Shown: positions 1 through 14,118 of the stretch, one piece after another
Position numbering within the stretch: the stretch's first letter is position 1
How the letters are laid out: each line of letters begins with the position of its first letter
From: Adineta vaga
Lineage: Eukaryota > Animalia > Rotifera
NCBI GenBank assembly: GCA_021613535.1
Contig: CP075496.1
Coordinates: forward strand, 11,780,001-11,844,000
Length of the DNA stretch: 64,000 nt
Reading direction: 5' to 3'
The notes under the pieces: generated by a model
What the model saw: the letters and a program-made list of their open reading frames with translations, nothing else
What the model was told of the DNA's origin: nothing
Database searches by the model: none
Program-made: the position numbers and the translations under genes

Positions 1-705
1 CAGCCGCTCCTAATCGACCAGAACAATTACCACTTCGATTTTTCTCTAATGGATTTACTATCGGTGACGGTGAATTACGTAAATTCGAAGAAAATAAAGA
101 TTTCATGGATCATATTAAGCGTGGTGAAGTACCACCTGAATTAAAAAATTTATCTGCCGGTGGACGACAAGTTGAAGTAATTAATATAAATTCTTCATTT
201 AATTTCATCCATCAAAATATTTTATTAATAGGTACGTCTTGAAGATCATCGTAGTGAAGAATATAAACCCATGGCACCACAATTCAAACCATTTGGTGGT
301 GCAGGCCATATGCTCGGTTCACCAGCTCCAAATGTCGCTCAATCAACAACTTCAGGACAAGTTCCACCGAAATCATCAATGACATCAACTAGTAATACAA
401 CGGCTTCTGATTCGGATCGCCTAGAAAAACTTGCTGAACAGCAACTAAAATCCTCATCCTCATCATCAACTACCATTCGTCTTCGTCTGCCAGATATTTC
501 GACACCAGTACGTATTGTTATTGGTTTAGATCGAACTTTAGCTGACGTTCGTAAGCTTCTCAGTGAAAATGTTCCTTCTCTTCAATCAAATCAATTTGAA
601 TTTATCGAACCACCATCAACAAAAATCAAACGTGAAGATGAAACTAAAACTGTTGGTGATGCTAAATTAACTAATGCAACACTGGCTGTTCGTCGAGCTC
701 TTTAG
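1..705 (+). CDS. NSFL1C: NSFL1 cofactor p47 (SEP domain, SHP box, UBX domain), 3' part; 5' end lies outside the window
   Basis: Exon 1-176 reads LRFFSNGFTIGDGELRKFEENKDFMDHIKRGEVPPEL (SEP domain). GT-AG intron at 177-231. Then VRLEDHRSEEY..FKPFGGAGHMLGS (SHP box) and a C-terminal UBX-like TTIRLRLPD..AKLTNATL, ending at the stop at 705. Confidence 0.85.
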
Positions 706-1091
706 TTTTATTGAACATTTCTTCTTATCTGTGTATTCCAGAGACAAAAACCAATTACATTACGATCGATTAGTCTTTTGTTCACACCAAACACTCGGTT
801 TTTTATTTCTTTCTTTCATTCTTTCTTTTCTTCAAATAAAAAACAAGCTACAAGCAAGAATAAATAAATGTCTATTACAATAATGAATCATTCTTACGAA
901 ATGCTTTCAGATTCATTGTGACGTAATGCATAGATGTGGTTTCGCAATATATTACTCAGATTATTCTCATCGCAATCATCAAATCATCTGAATAACTATT
1001 CGAAATTATTTCGAATGATAAAAAAGTTTCGATATAATTTATAGCGAAAAAGAATGATCTAATCGAAAATTAATATTTTAGATTAACAAAG

Positions 1092-2711
1092 ATGGCTCAA
1101 CAAAATGATGTACAGTCGAATCTCATTACAATAGATGGATCATATTTAGAAGGCGTATGTTGATCTTTTGAGGAGCGAAAATAGAATCATAGAAAAATGA
1201 AAATCAACTATAGATTATTTAAATCTTTTCATATTTTTAAAGGGTGGTCAAATTCTTCGAAATTCAACAGCATTAAGTGTTCTACTTGATATTCCTCTTC
1301 GTGTCGAGAAGATTCGTGCTGGTCGATCACAAGGTGGATTAAGACCTCAACATCTTACTGGTATCCAATTATTAGCACAATTATCCGAAGCTAAACTTCA
1401 TAATGGAAATATTGGTGCAACTGAAATATATTTTACACCAAAAACGATCAAAGGTGGAAATTATCTAGCTGATACAAAAACTGCTGGGTATATTTTCTAT
1501 GCTTATTCATACGAACAAAAAATCCAAGAGAAATGTTGTCTTTCTTTTATTAGGAGTGTATGTCTTATGATGCAAACTGCAATTCCATGTTTATTATTTG
1601 CTGATACTTCATCTCAGTTAAGATTACGTGGAGGAACAAATGCAGAATTTGCGCCGGAAATTGATTACTATTCTATGGTATAGTTTTAACAATAACATAA
1701 TCAACGATCATAGTCTTCTTTTGACATTAGGTTTTTCAACCTATTGCCAGACGATTTAATTTTAATTTCGATATGACTTTAGTTCGTCGGTTAGTAAGAA
1801 TAATGTTTCTTTAGTGCAATATGTTTTGATTAAAATGTTTCTAGAGGTTATTATCCACGAGGTGGTGGTGAAGTTCGAATTACTGTAAATTCAGTGGATC
1901 AATTAATAGCTGCTGACTTAACAGATTTTGGAAGCATCAAACGATTTTTTGGTCGATCTTTCGTTGCTGGTACTCTACCGAAAAAAGTATAACTAACTTT
2001 TCATCTCAAGAACAATCATATATCACTCTATATCTCATTAGATTGCGCATGAAATGGCTGAAACTGCTGAAAAATTAATACATAAACAATATTCTAAAGA
2101 TATTCCAATAGAAATCGAAGTTGTAAAAGAACCTGATAATATGGCTATGGGAACAGGAACTGGTATTATGTAATATAATAAACATAAATATATATATAAT
2201 TAAACAGATAGAATCGATAATTATTTTCATCTGTATAGAATTGGAGCTGAAACAACAACTGGTTGTATACTTGCAGCAAGTGCATTAGGTAAACGAGGTG
2301 TGCCAGCCCATGAAGTTGGTACTCAAGCAACGCAAGATTTATTAGAAGATTTATCATATCAAGCATGTGTAGATCAACATTTACAAGATCAAGTTTGTTC
2401 ATAAAGATTTTGATTGCAAAATGAAATTTGAATGATTAATATTATAGTTAATTATTGTTATGGCTTTAGCGAAAGGTCACTCAAAAATACGTTGTGGTCC
2501 ATTGTCAGATCATACGAAAACAGCAATTTATGTAGCTGAATTAATGACTAAAGTTAGTTTTCGGATTGATCTATTTCAATGTTAATTATTTATTCATTTT
2601 TTAAAGGCTAAATTTACAGTTACCGAAATATCAAATTCTACTGCATCAAATACAACAAAATCTGCATTCATTATTGAATGTGAAGGAATCGGACATAAAC
2701 GACAAGTTTAA
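1092..2711 (+). CDS. RTCA: RNA 3'-terminal phosphate cyclase (multi-exon)
   Basis: Spliced reading gives [56 protein letters not shown] and the catalytic-His motif VDQHLQDQ. Ends [11 protein letters not shown]-stop. Confidence 0.93.
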
Positions 2712-2815
2712 ACTAATATTGTTTCTTTTACTAATGATATCATTATTTGCTTTATTGTTTTTAATCGGTGAATAATGATTTTATATTTTCTAGATAAAGA
2801 TTTATACAGATACAA

Positions 2816-3673
2816 ATGCCTGTTAAAGAAGTCCGTGATGGTGGTTTGAAAAAAGAATTAGAACGTGCGGAAAATAAATTGGTACTCATCGATTTCTTTG
2901 CAACATGGTAAATCAATAATTTCTTGTTCATTTTCGTTTTTTTATAAAACATTCAAAAACAAAATGTCCGTCATCCGTTTTATAGGTGTGGCCCATGCGT
3001 GAAAGCTGCACCAGCCATTGAAAAATTGAGTGAATCCTATCCGAATGCTATTTTTCTTAAAATAGATGTTGATCAATGTGAAGTGTGTAAACAATTTCTT
3101 TGTCTTTCTCATCATAGAAATTTATTGTGATTATAATAGACTGAAGCTCGTCAATATGAGATCTCAGCAATGCCAACATTCGTATTTATTCGTCAGTCAA
3201 AAGAATTAGAACGTATACGTGGTGCTGATATTGATGCTATTGAAAAAGCACTTGTAAAATATTATAAAGAAGTATCATTGTTTGGTGGTGAAGGTCATTC
3301 AATGTTAGAACAAAGTACAGGAGCAGGTGCATCATCAACAACAAAAGCAAAATCGACGACTGAAACCGATCGTGAACGTTTGGAGAAAGAAGCACAAGAA
3401 CGTTTTGGTAAATGTACCGAAGGGCAAACAATGACAGCACTTCGTCTTCGTTTACCTGATCTGTCAACTCCAATCAATATTCGATTAAGTACTGATCGAA
3501 CTTTAAATGAAGTTCGTCATTTACTTTGCGATACAATAACTGCATTTGAAACAACTCCATTTGAATTTATGGAACCACCAGCAACAAAAATTAAAGTAGA
3601 GGATGAAAAAAAAACAATCACAGAAGCCAAGTTAACGAATGCCGTTTTAACAATTAAAAAAATTTCAATTTAA
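2816..3673 (+). CDS. Thioredoxin (WCGPC) - SHP box - UBX-like fusion protein
   Basis: Reads [18 protein letters not shown] (intron 2908-2985 splits the Trp codon), [10 protein letters not shown]/..ISAMPTFVF, then FGGEGHS and a UBX-like tail clearly similar to 271-705. Confidence 0.85.
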
Positions 3674-6407
3674 TTCTCTCTTATTTTTATTCTAATAAAT
3701 CAGAAAAAGAAAGAAAAATCTGTTTCTTCGTATGTTTATTTACATTAAACAATCTTCTACACGTTAAAGCATTACGAAGAAAAACCATATAATTTTTTCT
3801 CTTTCTTCAATGTTCATCAGCTTTATTCAATCATCCATTGAATGTAACATAGCCTCGTTATTCCGATTTCTTTGCTTCTATAGAATAGAGAAGAAAGAGA
3901 GGAAATATTTCCTCTTCTTTTTCCTCGACACGCACGCATGAAGATTTTTCTTGGCAAGAAAAATACATCAGAATACACATATAGATTCTTTTCTCACATT
4001 GGTTTTTGTTCTCATGAAAAGCAAAAGAGAAAAAAAGAACGAACAAGTAATGTAATTTTTGCTTTTTTCACAAGTGGATCATTGATATGTGCGAAGTAAA
4101 AAAAACGAAAAAAAAGGGCGGCTATCCTATCATTGTAATATGTATCGTTTTTACGATCATGCGCACATTGTAGTAAGAGAAATCAATAAAAAACAAGAAG
4201 TGAGAAAGAGGAGAGGACGAAGGAGAATGATCGAAAGATATTTAATATTCGTATTGTTTCATGTACTTATTCCATCGTTTTCGTTATTTTTCTCTAGGTA
4301 ACTTTGATTTATGAGAGAATATCAAAGTGACATAGAAAGATGCCCTCAAGAGTTTTAGAGCATTTGTTTCTTTTCATCAGAGTTTCGATTGAGAAATGAA
4401 ACGTATCTTTCGTTTTATTTATAATTAATAGAATTATACAGTTAACTATTGAATGTTTAAAATGACTGGAGGAAAAGAAAAGAAAAAGAACAAATAAGTC
4501 ATTTAAAATCACTTCGTCTACATATGTGTCTGCTTGTTTTTCAAATTTAGAAAAATGAATTTGTGGTAAAAAGAAAGAACAGAGCAGAGCAGAGCAGAAG
4601 AAGAAGAAAAACGAGAAAAAAGAAGGGATTTTATTCGATAACCAATCGAAATGATTCTCGAACAGGTAGAGACAGAAGCAAAGAAAATGAAACGTTATTT
4701 TGCTTTTTTTTTGTACATTGAATCAATGAAACTTTGTTTTCAATTCAAATACACTGTAAACAGGTACCTTGTTTCAAAACCTTTTCTAACAAATAGTTTT
4801 GTCCATTGAAAAGAGCAATTTGATTATCAAATTTCCTTCTCTTTTTTCCATAGACCATAACTCATGATAAAAATTTTCTCTTTCTCCTTCTTTTTTTTTT
4901 ATTGTTTTTGATCTATAGCACGCGTTTCGAGATTGATTTCTTCGGGTTTTTTTTTCATCTGCATTTTACACTTCACTGAGGAAATCAAATTAGTTGATAA
5001 CATATGTGCTTATTTTAATAAGAAAAAGATAGATTCGTAAATGATCATAAAGTTCGATATCACTAACAAGTTGTATGTATAACTTTGTCCGATTAGTTTG
5101 CTTAATAGGAAAAAGTTGCTTACATTTTGTGCTTCAATAATTACCATTAACCTTTTGTTAAGTATAAATTTGATGTTGTCTATCATTTGTGAATGATCAT
5201 CTTGATATATCACCTGGAGCGATGTAGATCTTTTTCTTGTTTATTGTTGTCGGAATGATTGAGAATGGGAAAAGAAAAAATAGCAACGAACTACTGTGAG
5301 CGAATACATCACCACCTGGTGATAATGTTGTTGAAGCAAGAGGAAATGTCTGAAGCTACACGATAATCAATATTTGATCGTCGGATAGACATTATTTAGA
5401 CAACGTTTGAACTTCTGAATTCAATGTCTGATTGTTAACCAATTGTATAAACAGATACTTTCCATCAATAATCTAGTTCGATGGATGTCACTTGAAAAAA
5501 GAGAGACATAGACATCATCATCATTTAGTTTATCTAATATCTTCTCCTTAGCGGGCATTTTTTTTGTATATGATTACGTAATGACAACAAACGATTTATT
5601 CTCTCTTATTGTTATCTATCTTTTTCTCTCGTTTTTTTTTCAATTTTATATCTTTATGTGTGCGCATGTATATATATATACAACCATTTTCATATCGATT
5701 ATTCCTTCGATAAGTAAAGCAACTAGTATAGTAAATCAATGGAACTAAAGCAGCTGATTTTCTTGACGTCAATAGACGTATTCGACATCCTACTTTTGCC
5801 GATCCTATCGGAGATCTTATTGACTCAACGTCATTTGTGATAAATCTTGTCTCGGTAATACACAAAAGAAGCGACAAAATCTAATGGAAGAAGAAAAGAA
5901 AAGAGAAATAGACGAACTTTCGACTCTCTTTATTTTCTTTCTGATGAAGTCGTTGTTTACTTCTATCGAAAGATTGGCACATTGCTTTCTCTTGCGCTCT
6001 TCGTATGTTTCTTTCTCTCTCTCTCTCTCTTCCTCTCTTTTTCGCTCTTCTGTGTCGTTCTTATAGTACACCGTACTCTTGCTTCTACACCATTACATCA
6101 CCCCAACGTTATGTTTTTGTCTCCCTGCGTCGTTTTTTCTCGTCCATGATGTCCTTACTTGTTGTTTTGTCTTTTCTGCCTATAAAAACACATACACATA
6201 CATAACGCTATCTAAGGTTTACAATTCTTGATTGCTGGTAATGCTACTATTACAAGTAAAAGATTATCGTGGACCACACCCCTTCTTTCTCGATCGAAAG
6301 ACTTGTTGAATAAAAAACGCTTTTAAATTTATATTTTAGTATTCTTTTTCTTTTCGTATTTCGTGTGTGTGTGTACGTACCTATTTAAACGAATATAAGA
6401 ATAGAAC

Positions 6408-9400
6408 ATGAAACAAACAAATGAAAATGTATCGATTCCAACGTCGGATTTTTCTCCATGCAATGGTCATGAAGATGATTCAATCAAAACCCGCAAAGAT
6501 TCTGATAATGATGATTTAGGAACAACAACGAGTTCATCATCATCAACAACTCTAAATAATAGTGGATCGATTTCATCTCCATCAATGACAACTGGAAATG
6601 AACTTATTGTTCTACCGGATTCATCATTTAATATTCGTATTCATGCTCCTGGTCTCGAAACATTTGAATTACCTGTAACAACAAGTGAACTTGTTCAAGA
6701 AATTCATCAAGTATTAATGGATAAAGAAGAAACATGTCATCGAACATGTTTCTCATTACAACTCGATGGAAATATCTTAGATAATTTTACTGAATTGAAA
6801 AATATCGAAAATTTAAAAGAAGGAAGTCTATTAAAAGTTATTGAAGGTTTGTATCGACAAATTTATGACTATATAATTCTTTTCATTGTTATTCAGAACA
6901 ATATACCGTACGTGAAGTACGAATTCACGTTCGACATGTTAATGAATTAATACATTCATGTGATCCAATTGATGCATATAACGGTACTAATGGATACTCA
7001 TTATGTATTGTTAATGATATAACTAATACAGATATTCCATTGAATAGTGGTAAGAATAAAATTGATTTATTATTAAGTATTTCTTTTTGTATTCGATTTA
7101 TTTAGATCGTAAAAAAGGAATAGAAACAAATGGAACTGATTTTAATGTACCAGAATATCTTCTACCAAATCAAAAAGATGTTCAACTTACACCATTGTTT
7201 ACAACGAATAATAAAATTCGAGTAAGAAAAAGAAATTCGTTTTCGATTCTTTTAGTTGATTTCATTCATAAAATTTAGCCATTACAATGTTTAAAAGTTT
7301 TATCTTACAGTGGTTGGAATCCACCGAATGGTTCAAGAAAATTACATGGTAAATTCTCATAAAAGACATCGTGTTCTTGTTCATTTTAATTCATTTATTT
7401 TACAGGTGATCTTATGTATTTACAAGTAACAACATGTGAAGAAAAGTCATTTCATATTACTGCATGTACGAAAGGGTTCTATGTTAGTCAGTAAGTAAAC
7501 TTATCTTTAATATCATTGTGTGAATTAATTTTATTTGTATTATTCAGAACAACGGATGAAAAATTCACTCCTAAACCGGTGCAACCCAAAGCTATTTTTC
7601 ATTCACTTGTTGATCTATTAAATAATGTATGATCAATATTTTATTCTTTGTCAATACATTTTCTTGTGTTTAGATTAGTCCAATATTTAAAAAAACATTT
7701 GCTATGATACAACGTAAACGTTGTACAAAACATCCTTTTGAACGAATACAAATTCCAAGTCAAATTCATCCATGGTTATCGCCACGTTTCGATCATACAA
7801 TAGATTTCTTTCGAGCTGAAGATGGTAAGGAGAGTTTTCGAAAATACGATTTAGTTATTCAATAGAAATGTTCTCTTCTTTTCATAGCAAATATCAATAA
7901 ACTTGGACATGAAGATCATATACCTGGTCAAGTACGTGATTGGAATGAAGAATTACAAATAACTAAAGAATTATCAAAGAAATCGTTACCTGAAAGATTA
8001 ATTCGAGAACGTGCTATGTTTAAAGTAATGAAATACAAAAGAATTTCTTTCAATTAATACATCAACAACTTATTTATTAGGTTCATAGTGATTTTGTTTC
8101 GGCTGCTATTCGTGGTTGTCAAGCAGTTGTCGATGGAAATATAATGGCTATCAATCCTGGTGAAGAATCAAAGTAATTAGTATTCAAATATAGGAAGAAT
8201 AGTCTAAATTATTGATAATACTAAGAAGAGGTCTTGTCGAATATCCATTGAGATTGAGATACCTTTCTATTTAGTAATAAGAAGTTCAATTCAGTTTTAC
8301 TTATATCTGGTTGTTTTTCAATAGAGTTCATATGTACATATGGAATAATATGTTCTTCAGTTTGGGTTTTGATGTTAAAGAACATTATAAAGATTTTGGT
8401 GGTGATGCTGCTGCTCATACTGCACCAACAAACGATTTACAAGGTGTTCGTGCTATTAATAATATAGATATGGATGGTTTACATACATTAGGAACTGTCG
8501 TTGTCGATTATCGTGGCATGCGTGTAACTGCTCAAACTATTGTACCTGGTAAACATAATCATATCTTTAATCTTCAATGAAATTTTACTAGACAAAGATT
8601 TTGTTTGACTATTACTTTTCATAGGTATCTTGGAAAAAGAACAAGAACAAAGTGTAGTTTATGGTTCGACTGATTTCGGTAAAACTTGCGCTACCAATGA
8701 GAAATACAAAGAATTGGTAAGAAGAAGTTTTATACAATACTTTAAGGATAGAACATTTTTCATTTTATTAGTTGGAAAAAGTTTCTGCCATGCTTAAAAT
8801 AAAACCACATTCAATTAAGACAGAAAAAGGTGATATTATTGAATTATTAACTGCAATTGAATGTAAAGGTATTATTGGTAATGATGGACGACATTATCTA
8901 CTAGATTTATTACGTATGATGCCACCAGATTTAAATTATTTACCAGGTTTGTAAAGATGTTCTATTTCTTCACAATGAAAGATCCATGAGACGATAGATC
9001 AACTCAATTAATTGTTGTTTATTTTCTAGTTGATGTTGAACATATTTCGCCATTGATGAAACAATACGATTATCCTCAAACATATAAACATCGTTTATGT
9101 TGTTTACGACAAGAACTAATTGATACTTTTGTTGAGTAAGAAAAACGTTTTTTATTATGAAAAAGTGTTTGTTCATAATACATGATGATTTCTAGACAAA
9201 AATACGTTGATTTCTATCGTTCAATCGCACTTAATTTATCTAAATTACGATCAACCGAAGTATGCACAAAGGTTTTCTTTCAAAAAAAGAAAGTGAATAA
9301 TGTTTTCAATTTAGACTGCAGCAAATGATTCTACAGAACAAACGAATGTTGAAGAAGTTAAACGTATTGTCAATGACATTGCTGGTATAGTCAATGTACA

Positions 9401-11984
9401 GATGATTATCTATCAATAATTATATTGTACTTTCTTTCTAGTTGAAGATAATAGTCGTGAAATAATTCAATCGGCATGCCGTTCAATAGGATCAATGAAA
9501 GATAATGAATTCGATGTTCGATTCAATCCTGATCTATTTCAACCTCATGTTACACTTCATCAAACGGTAGTTGAAAACTAAATGATCCGTTCTGCTTTAA
9601 TAAGATTAGAATTGTTTTATTTGTTTGTAGCCAACAGAAACTGCAGCTGATATTAAACTATTGAAAGAAGCATCAGAATATTTAGTATTAAAACAAATTC
9701 CACTGATGATTCAAGATTTTCAAGACCATACAACTGTACCAGTCGATGGAGAAAGTCTTTCAGAATCTATGCATTCAAGGTAAATATTGAACTTAAACAA
9801 TTACAAATGATCCCTTTTTTCTTTTCTTTTAGAGGAATTAATATTCGATATCTTGGTCGAGTTGCTCAACTTCTTTCTCAACAATCCTCTCTTATCTATC
9901 TTTATGTAAATAATCTTCATTTTAATTCTATGTTTTTATCATTCTTCTTTTCTTTTCCATAGGATATTGTCGTCACAGAAATACTTTGTCGTAGTGCTAA
10001 ACATCTTTTTCGTAATTATATCCAATCCGTACCTCTTCATTTATTATCATTTTCAATCAGCCATTTTCTTAATTGCTTTCTAACGATTATATCTTCATCT
10101 TCATCTGATTGTCTATCCGATGAATTATCACCATCAATCTCAACGAATTCAACTCATAATGGAACGACAAATACAAATTTCTCTCCAACTAACTCAACGA
10201 ATTCTTCATCTCAAAAATCGAACAATAAGAAGAAAAATAAAAAACAACAACAACAACGTAAACAAAATCCATTGATGAGAAATGGTATGCCGAACTCAAA
10301 ATGATCATCAAAAGATTTATTCTTCATGTTATTTTAGAATCCCTTGATTTTCTTTCTGTAACATCGAAAACATTCTGGTCACAATTATCGAATGAAGCTA
10401 AAGCACGATATAATTTTGATTTAAACTGGTAAACTAATCATTTCTTCTTCTTCTTCTTCTACTACAATAATCCATTGATTCTTTATTTAGTGATGATATT
10501 GAAAATTTTCAGGAAAAATTTAATGTTCGTCGTACATGTATTCTACGTTCATTTTGTTTAAAAACTGGTTTACAATTATCAATGCGTGAATATCAATTCG
10601 ATGGAACAAATAAATCCACACGTACAGCTCATGAATGTTTTAACGAAGATGATATTATTAATATTTATCCAAAAATTAAACAAACTCCTCCAAAAGTAAA
10701 TAGGATCATATTCTTTAAATTTAATTTCAACGTTTGTTTTTAAGCCAAGTGATGCATATCAATTCTTTACAACTGGACAACAAAAGATTCAACAAGGTTT
10801 ACTTCGTGAAGGTTTCGAATTAATATCCGAAGCACATAATTTATTAAATAATGTTTATGGTCCAATGCATCCAGAAATTAGCATGTGTTTGAGATTATTA
10901 GCACGATTAAATTATATTATGGGTGATTATCAAGAAGCATTTTATACTCAACATAAAGCTGTAATGATGTCGGAACGTGTATTAGGTATTGATCATCCTC
11001 AAACAGCAACTGAATATGTAAGTTTAGAGATAAAAGAGAATGAAAGAAATAGAGAATTTCGTGAGATAATTTAGATTCATATGGCACTGTATTCGTTTGC
11101 AAATGGACATTCAACAAATGCCGCGAAATTATTATGTCGTGCACGATATATTATTTTAACTTGTTGTGGAGAAAATCATCCACAAATTAGTTTAATTGAT
11201 GTGAGTGAAGGAGATTTTTCTTCTTGTATTTTATGAATTATTTGATTTTTGTTTTCTAGAGTAATCTTGGATTGATTTTACAATCTTATGGTGACTATGA
11301 AAATGCTTTGAAATTCATGGAAAATTCATTAGAATTGAATAAAAAGTATGTTAATAAATTCCGATTAGGATTTTCTCTCATTTTACAATTTTCATATAGA
11401 TTCTATGGATCAAAAAGTCTCAAAGTTGCTCTTTCTCATCATCTTTGTGCACGTATTCAATCGTGTCGAGGAGATTTTCGATCAGCATTAGTTAGTGAAC
11501 GTGAAGCTTATCAAATATATAAACAACAAGTAGAATATTTATATTCTTTCCATATTTTTTTCTGAAATTTTGAATTGATCCATTTAGCTTGGCGATGAAC
11601 ATGAACGAACACGTGAAAGTGCTCAAGTATTGAAACATCTAACTGAACAAGCTGTTGTATTACAAAAACGAATGAATGATGTTGTTAAAGGTCAATTATT
11701 GATGATTCCAAGTATAACTGTACGTTAATTTCGAGAAGAAAATATAGTTTAAATTGATGATCGATTTTTAGATTCAACAACCAAGTTTTCAGAATGTATT
11801 AGAAATGCTAAATGTTGTCAATGGAATTTTATTCATTCAAATTCGTGAAAAAGATCTTGAATTAATTCGTGAAGAATTGAATAAACAACCGAATGATGAT
11901 CAACAACCAACGACACCTCTCGTCAAATCTATATCTGAAGCAGCCGAACAAGCAGCAGTCTTGATGAATAATGAAGTTGATTGA
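6408..11984 (+). CDS. CLUH: Clustered mitochondria protein (clueless/CLUH), ~25 exons
   Basis: Motifs [78 protein letters not shown] and [20 protein letters not shown]-terminal TPRs include [11 protein letters not shown]. Confidence 0.95.
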
Positions 11985-12443
11985 GTGAGGAGAAAAAACA
12001 TTTTAGACGCGTAGTTTAATCGTCTGATAGTCTGATACGTTTCTTTCTTCTTCTTTTTGTGTAGTTTATAGGCTAATTTTTGTTTTTTTGTTGTCTAGTC
12101 TGTTCTTTGTTTTTTAGTAGACTCTCAGTTTCTTAGTTTAACATATTTACCTATTGAAATGCGTGATCATGTATGTTGTTATTATGCTCTCTTTTCATTG
12201 AGTCCTACTAGGTAAATATGCAAAAGACGAATTGGAAATTTCACAACCGACTTCCTTTTTTGACTCAACTTACTTGTTTATCGATCGATTTTGTTTAGAT
12301 CTATAAGAAGTTTGTTTTGTTTTATTTTTTCCTCAGTAAAATATATAAATATATACAAAAAAACTATATACTCTAGTTTATATTTCATTTAAATATGTTA
12401 CACGATAATTTTCTTATTTATAGAAAGATATTTGGTAGAATAG

Positions 12444-13118
12444 ATGGCTTTAAGTGCATCATTTGCAATAGTTTGGCTCGATTCTCATATTGGTTTACCT
12501 ACTGAATGTAGACAATTAAAATCTTTATTTCAAACTGATCTTGCTCCTGTAGTAGCAGGAACTCCTGTCGATCCAATTGATGAATTGATCTGTTGTATAC
12601 AAACATATTGTGCACCAATTTCATTTGCAGCAAACATCGATGATGTATTACAACTTATTCGAGAGCTTTCATTCGATCTAAAACAGATTATCTTGATTTC
12701 TTCTGGTTCATTGGGACAACTTATTCTTCCAAAACTTCGAGAACATGGACTGATTTTACATTCATGCTATATATTCTGTGGTAATATGGCAGGTAATGTG
12801 GCGTGGGCAGTAGAATATCTTGAAGATGATTTGGAAATACAAATGTTTGATTTTGAAACGAGTCTTTTAGTACGTTTATCAAGAGATTTAAGTAAGGAAT
12901 TAATTAAACAAGGAGAAGGATTATTAAACAATAATCCAAAATCAGCTTTAAAATATTTTGAATGTGCTCGTTCATTAGCTGAAACTGCTGTCGCACGTGA
13001 TATGCCAAACGATAGAAACGATCCTCATCGACCGTCAACGACACATCGACAAATTTTAGATGGTGATAATGGACTCATTGCACGAGCTAGACGAGCCTGT
13101 AATGGTACTCCTTCCTAA
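12444..13118 (+). CDS. Uncharacterised intronless 224-aa protein with an alpha/beta (receiver-like) N-terminal part and a TPR-like C-terminal helix pair
   Basis: Long ORF with natural composition. The IVWLD...IILISSGSLG...YIFCGN pattern is one I recall from expanded bdelloid families. Function not assignable. Confidence 0.6.
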   Translation: MALSASFAIVWLDSHIGLPTECRQLKSLFQTDLAPVVAGTPVDPIDELICCIQTYCAPISFAANIDDVLQLIRELSFDLKQIILISSGSLGQLILPKLREHGLILHSCYIFCGNMAGNVAWAVEYLEDDLEIQMFDFETSLLVRLSRDLSKELIKQGEGLLNNNPKSALKYFECARSLAETAVARDMPNDRNDPHRPSTTHRQILDGDNGLIARARRACNGTPS

Positions 13119-13565
13119 ATGTATCGATCATATAAACATGTCTGTTTGATTTTTATGCAATTTGTTTTTCAAACAGAGAACATTATATCAAAAGATTTGA
13201 ATCTATTTTGACTCGATCAAACAAATTTTGCAAAAGTCAGTGAATTAATACTTTTTGGCTGTTTTCAAGGATCTTTTTCTAATATTCTCCAATATATTGT
13301 AACTGCTTTACAACATATTTGCTTGTTTTTCTTCTTACCCTTTCAGCTAGTTTGTAAAAAGCATCAACACTTAAATATATTAGTAGATAATTCTTGCTTC
13401 TTGAAGCATGTCAAGCAGAGCAACATACAGCTACATTTAATTAAACCGTAGTAAACAACTTGAAAATCGATGAATTAGAGTTCTTTGATCAAAAGATATT
13501 GCTCATTTAGCGATATTGTTATATCTCAAACAAAGAATAAATAATGGGTAAGGATAATATATGTA

Positions 13566-14118
13566 CAGGTTGATTCATCTATTTTCGCTCATTTTTCTTC
13601 AGTTAATTCTATTTGATTAAAATCGCACTGTGATAAAAAAAAGAGATGAAAGATCTTAAGATACAATCAAAAAGGATTTTTTTTCTTGGAAATTCCAAGA
13701 CGCTGTTTCAAATAAATTTTAATAATTATGCTTTACTAAGTAAATGGATATTTTTCGCTTTTATGTATCCTGATGGATCATTGAATCCTCTTTTAAAGAA
13801 TATATCTTTAATTCAACTTATTTTTTAGTTGACTGAAAAATTCGAAAATTTTGTCAATTATCATCTTTTCAAGTAGATTATAGTTCCTAACTTCTTTAAC
13901 TCATTTTCCAATTAAATATGAGCTTGTAAAATTAGTTCTTCATTGGTTTTAGAATTTGTGAGTTCTTTGGCCTAAAGACGCGGTAAATCTAATCAAAACT
14001 AGATTATCTGATACAGCAGTCAATGCACTGTCCAACCATATAAAAATAAAAAACTACTAAAGCTTTGTCGAACTATAGACAACTGAAGAAAATGAGCAAA
14101 AATAGATGAATCAACCTG
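13566..14118. mobile_element. Non-autonomous Tc1/mariner-type MITE (553 bp) with ~40-bp terminal inverted repeats and TA target-site duplication
   Basis: Left end TA|caggttgattcatctattttcgctcatttttcttcagtt. Right end aactgaagaaaatgagcaaaaatagatgaatcaacctg|TA. The reverse complement differs by one substitution and one indel. No transposase ORF inside. Confidence 0.88.

Noticed and set aside
3800-6400. Short ORFs and GA/CT-rich tracts upstream of CLUH
   Set aside because: Translations are simple-sequence derived (K/R/E- or F/L/S-rich) with no coherent exon chain. Probably promoter, UTR or intron sequence.
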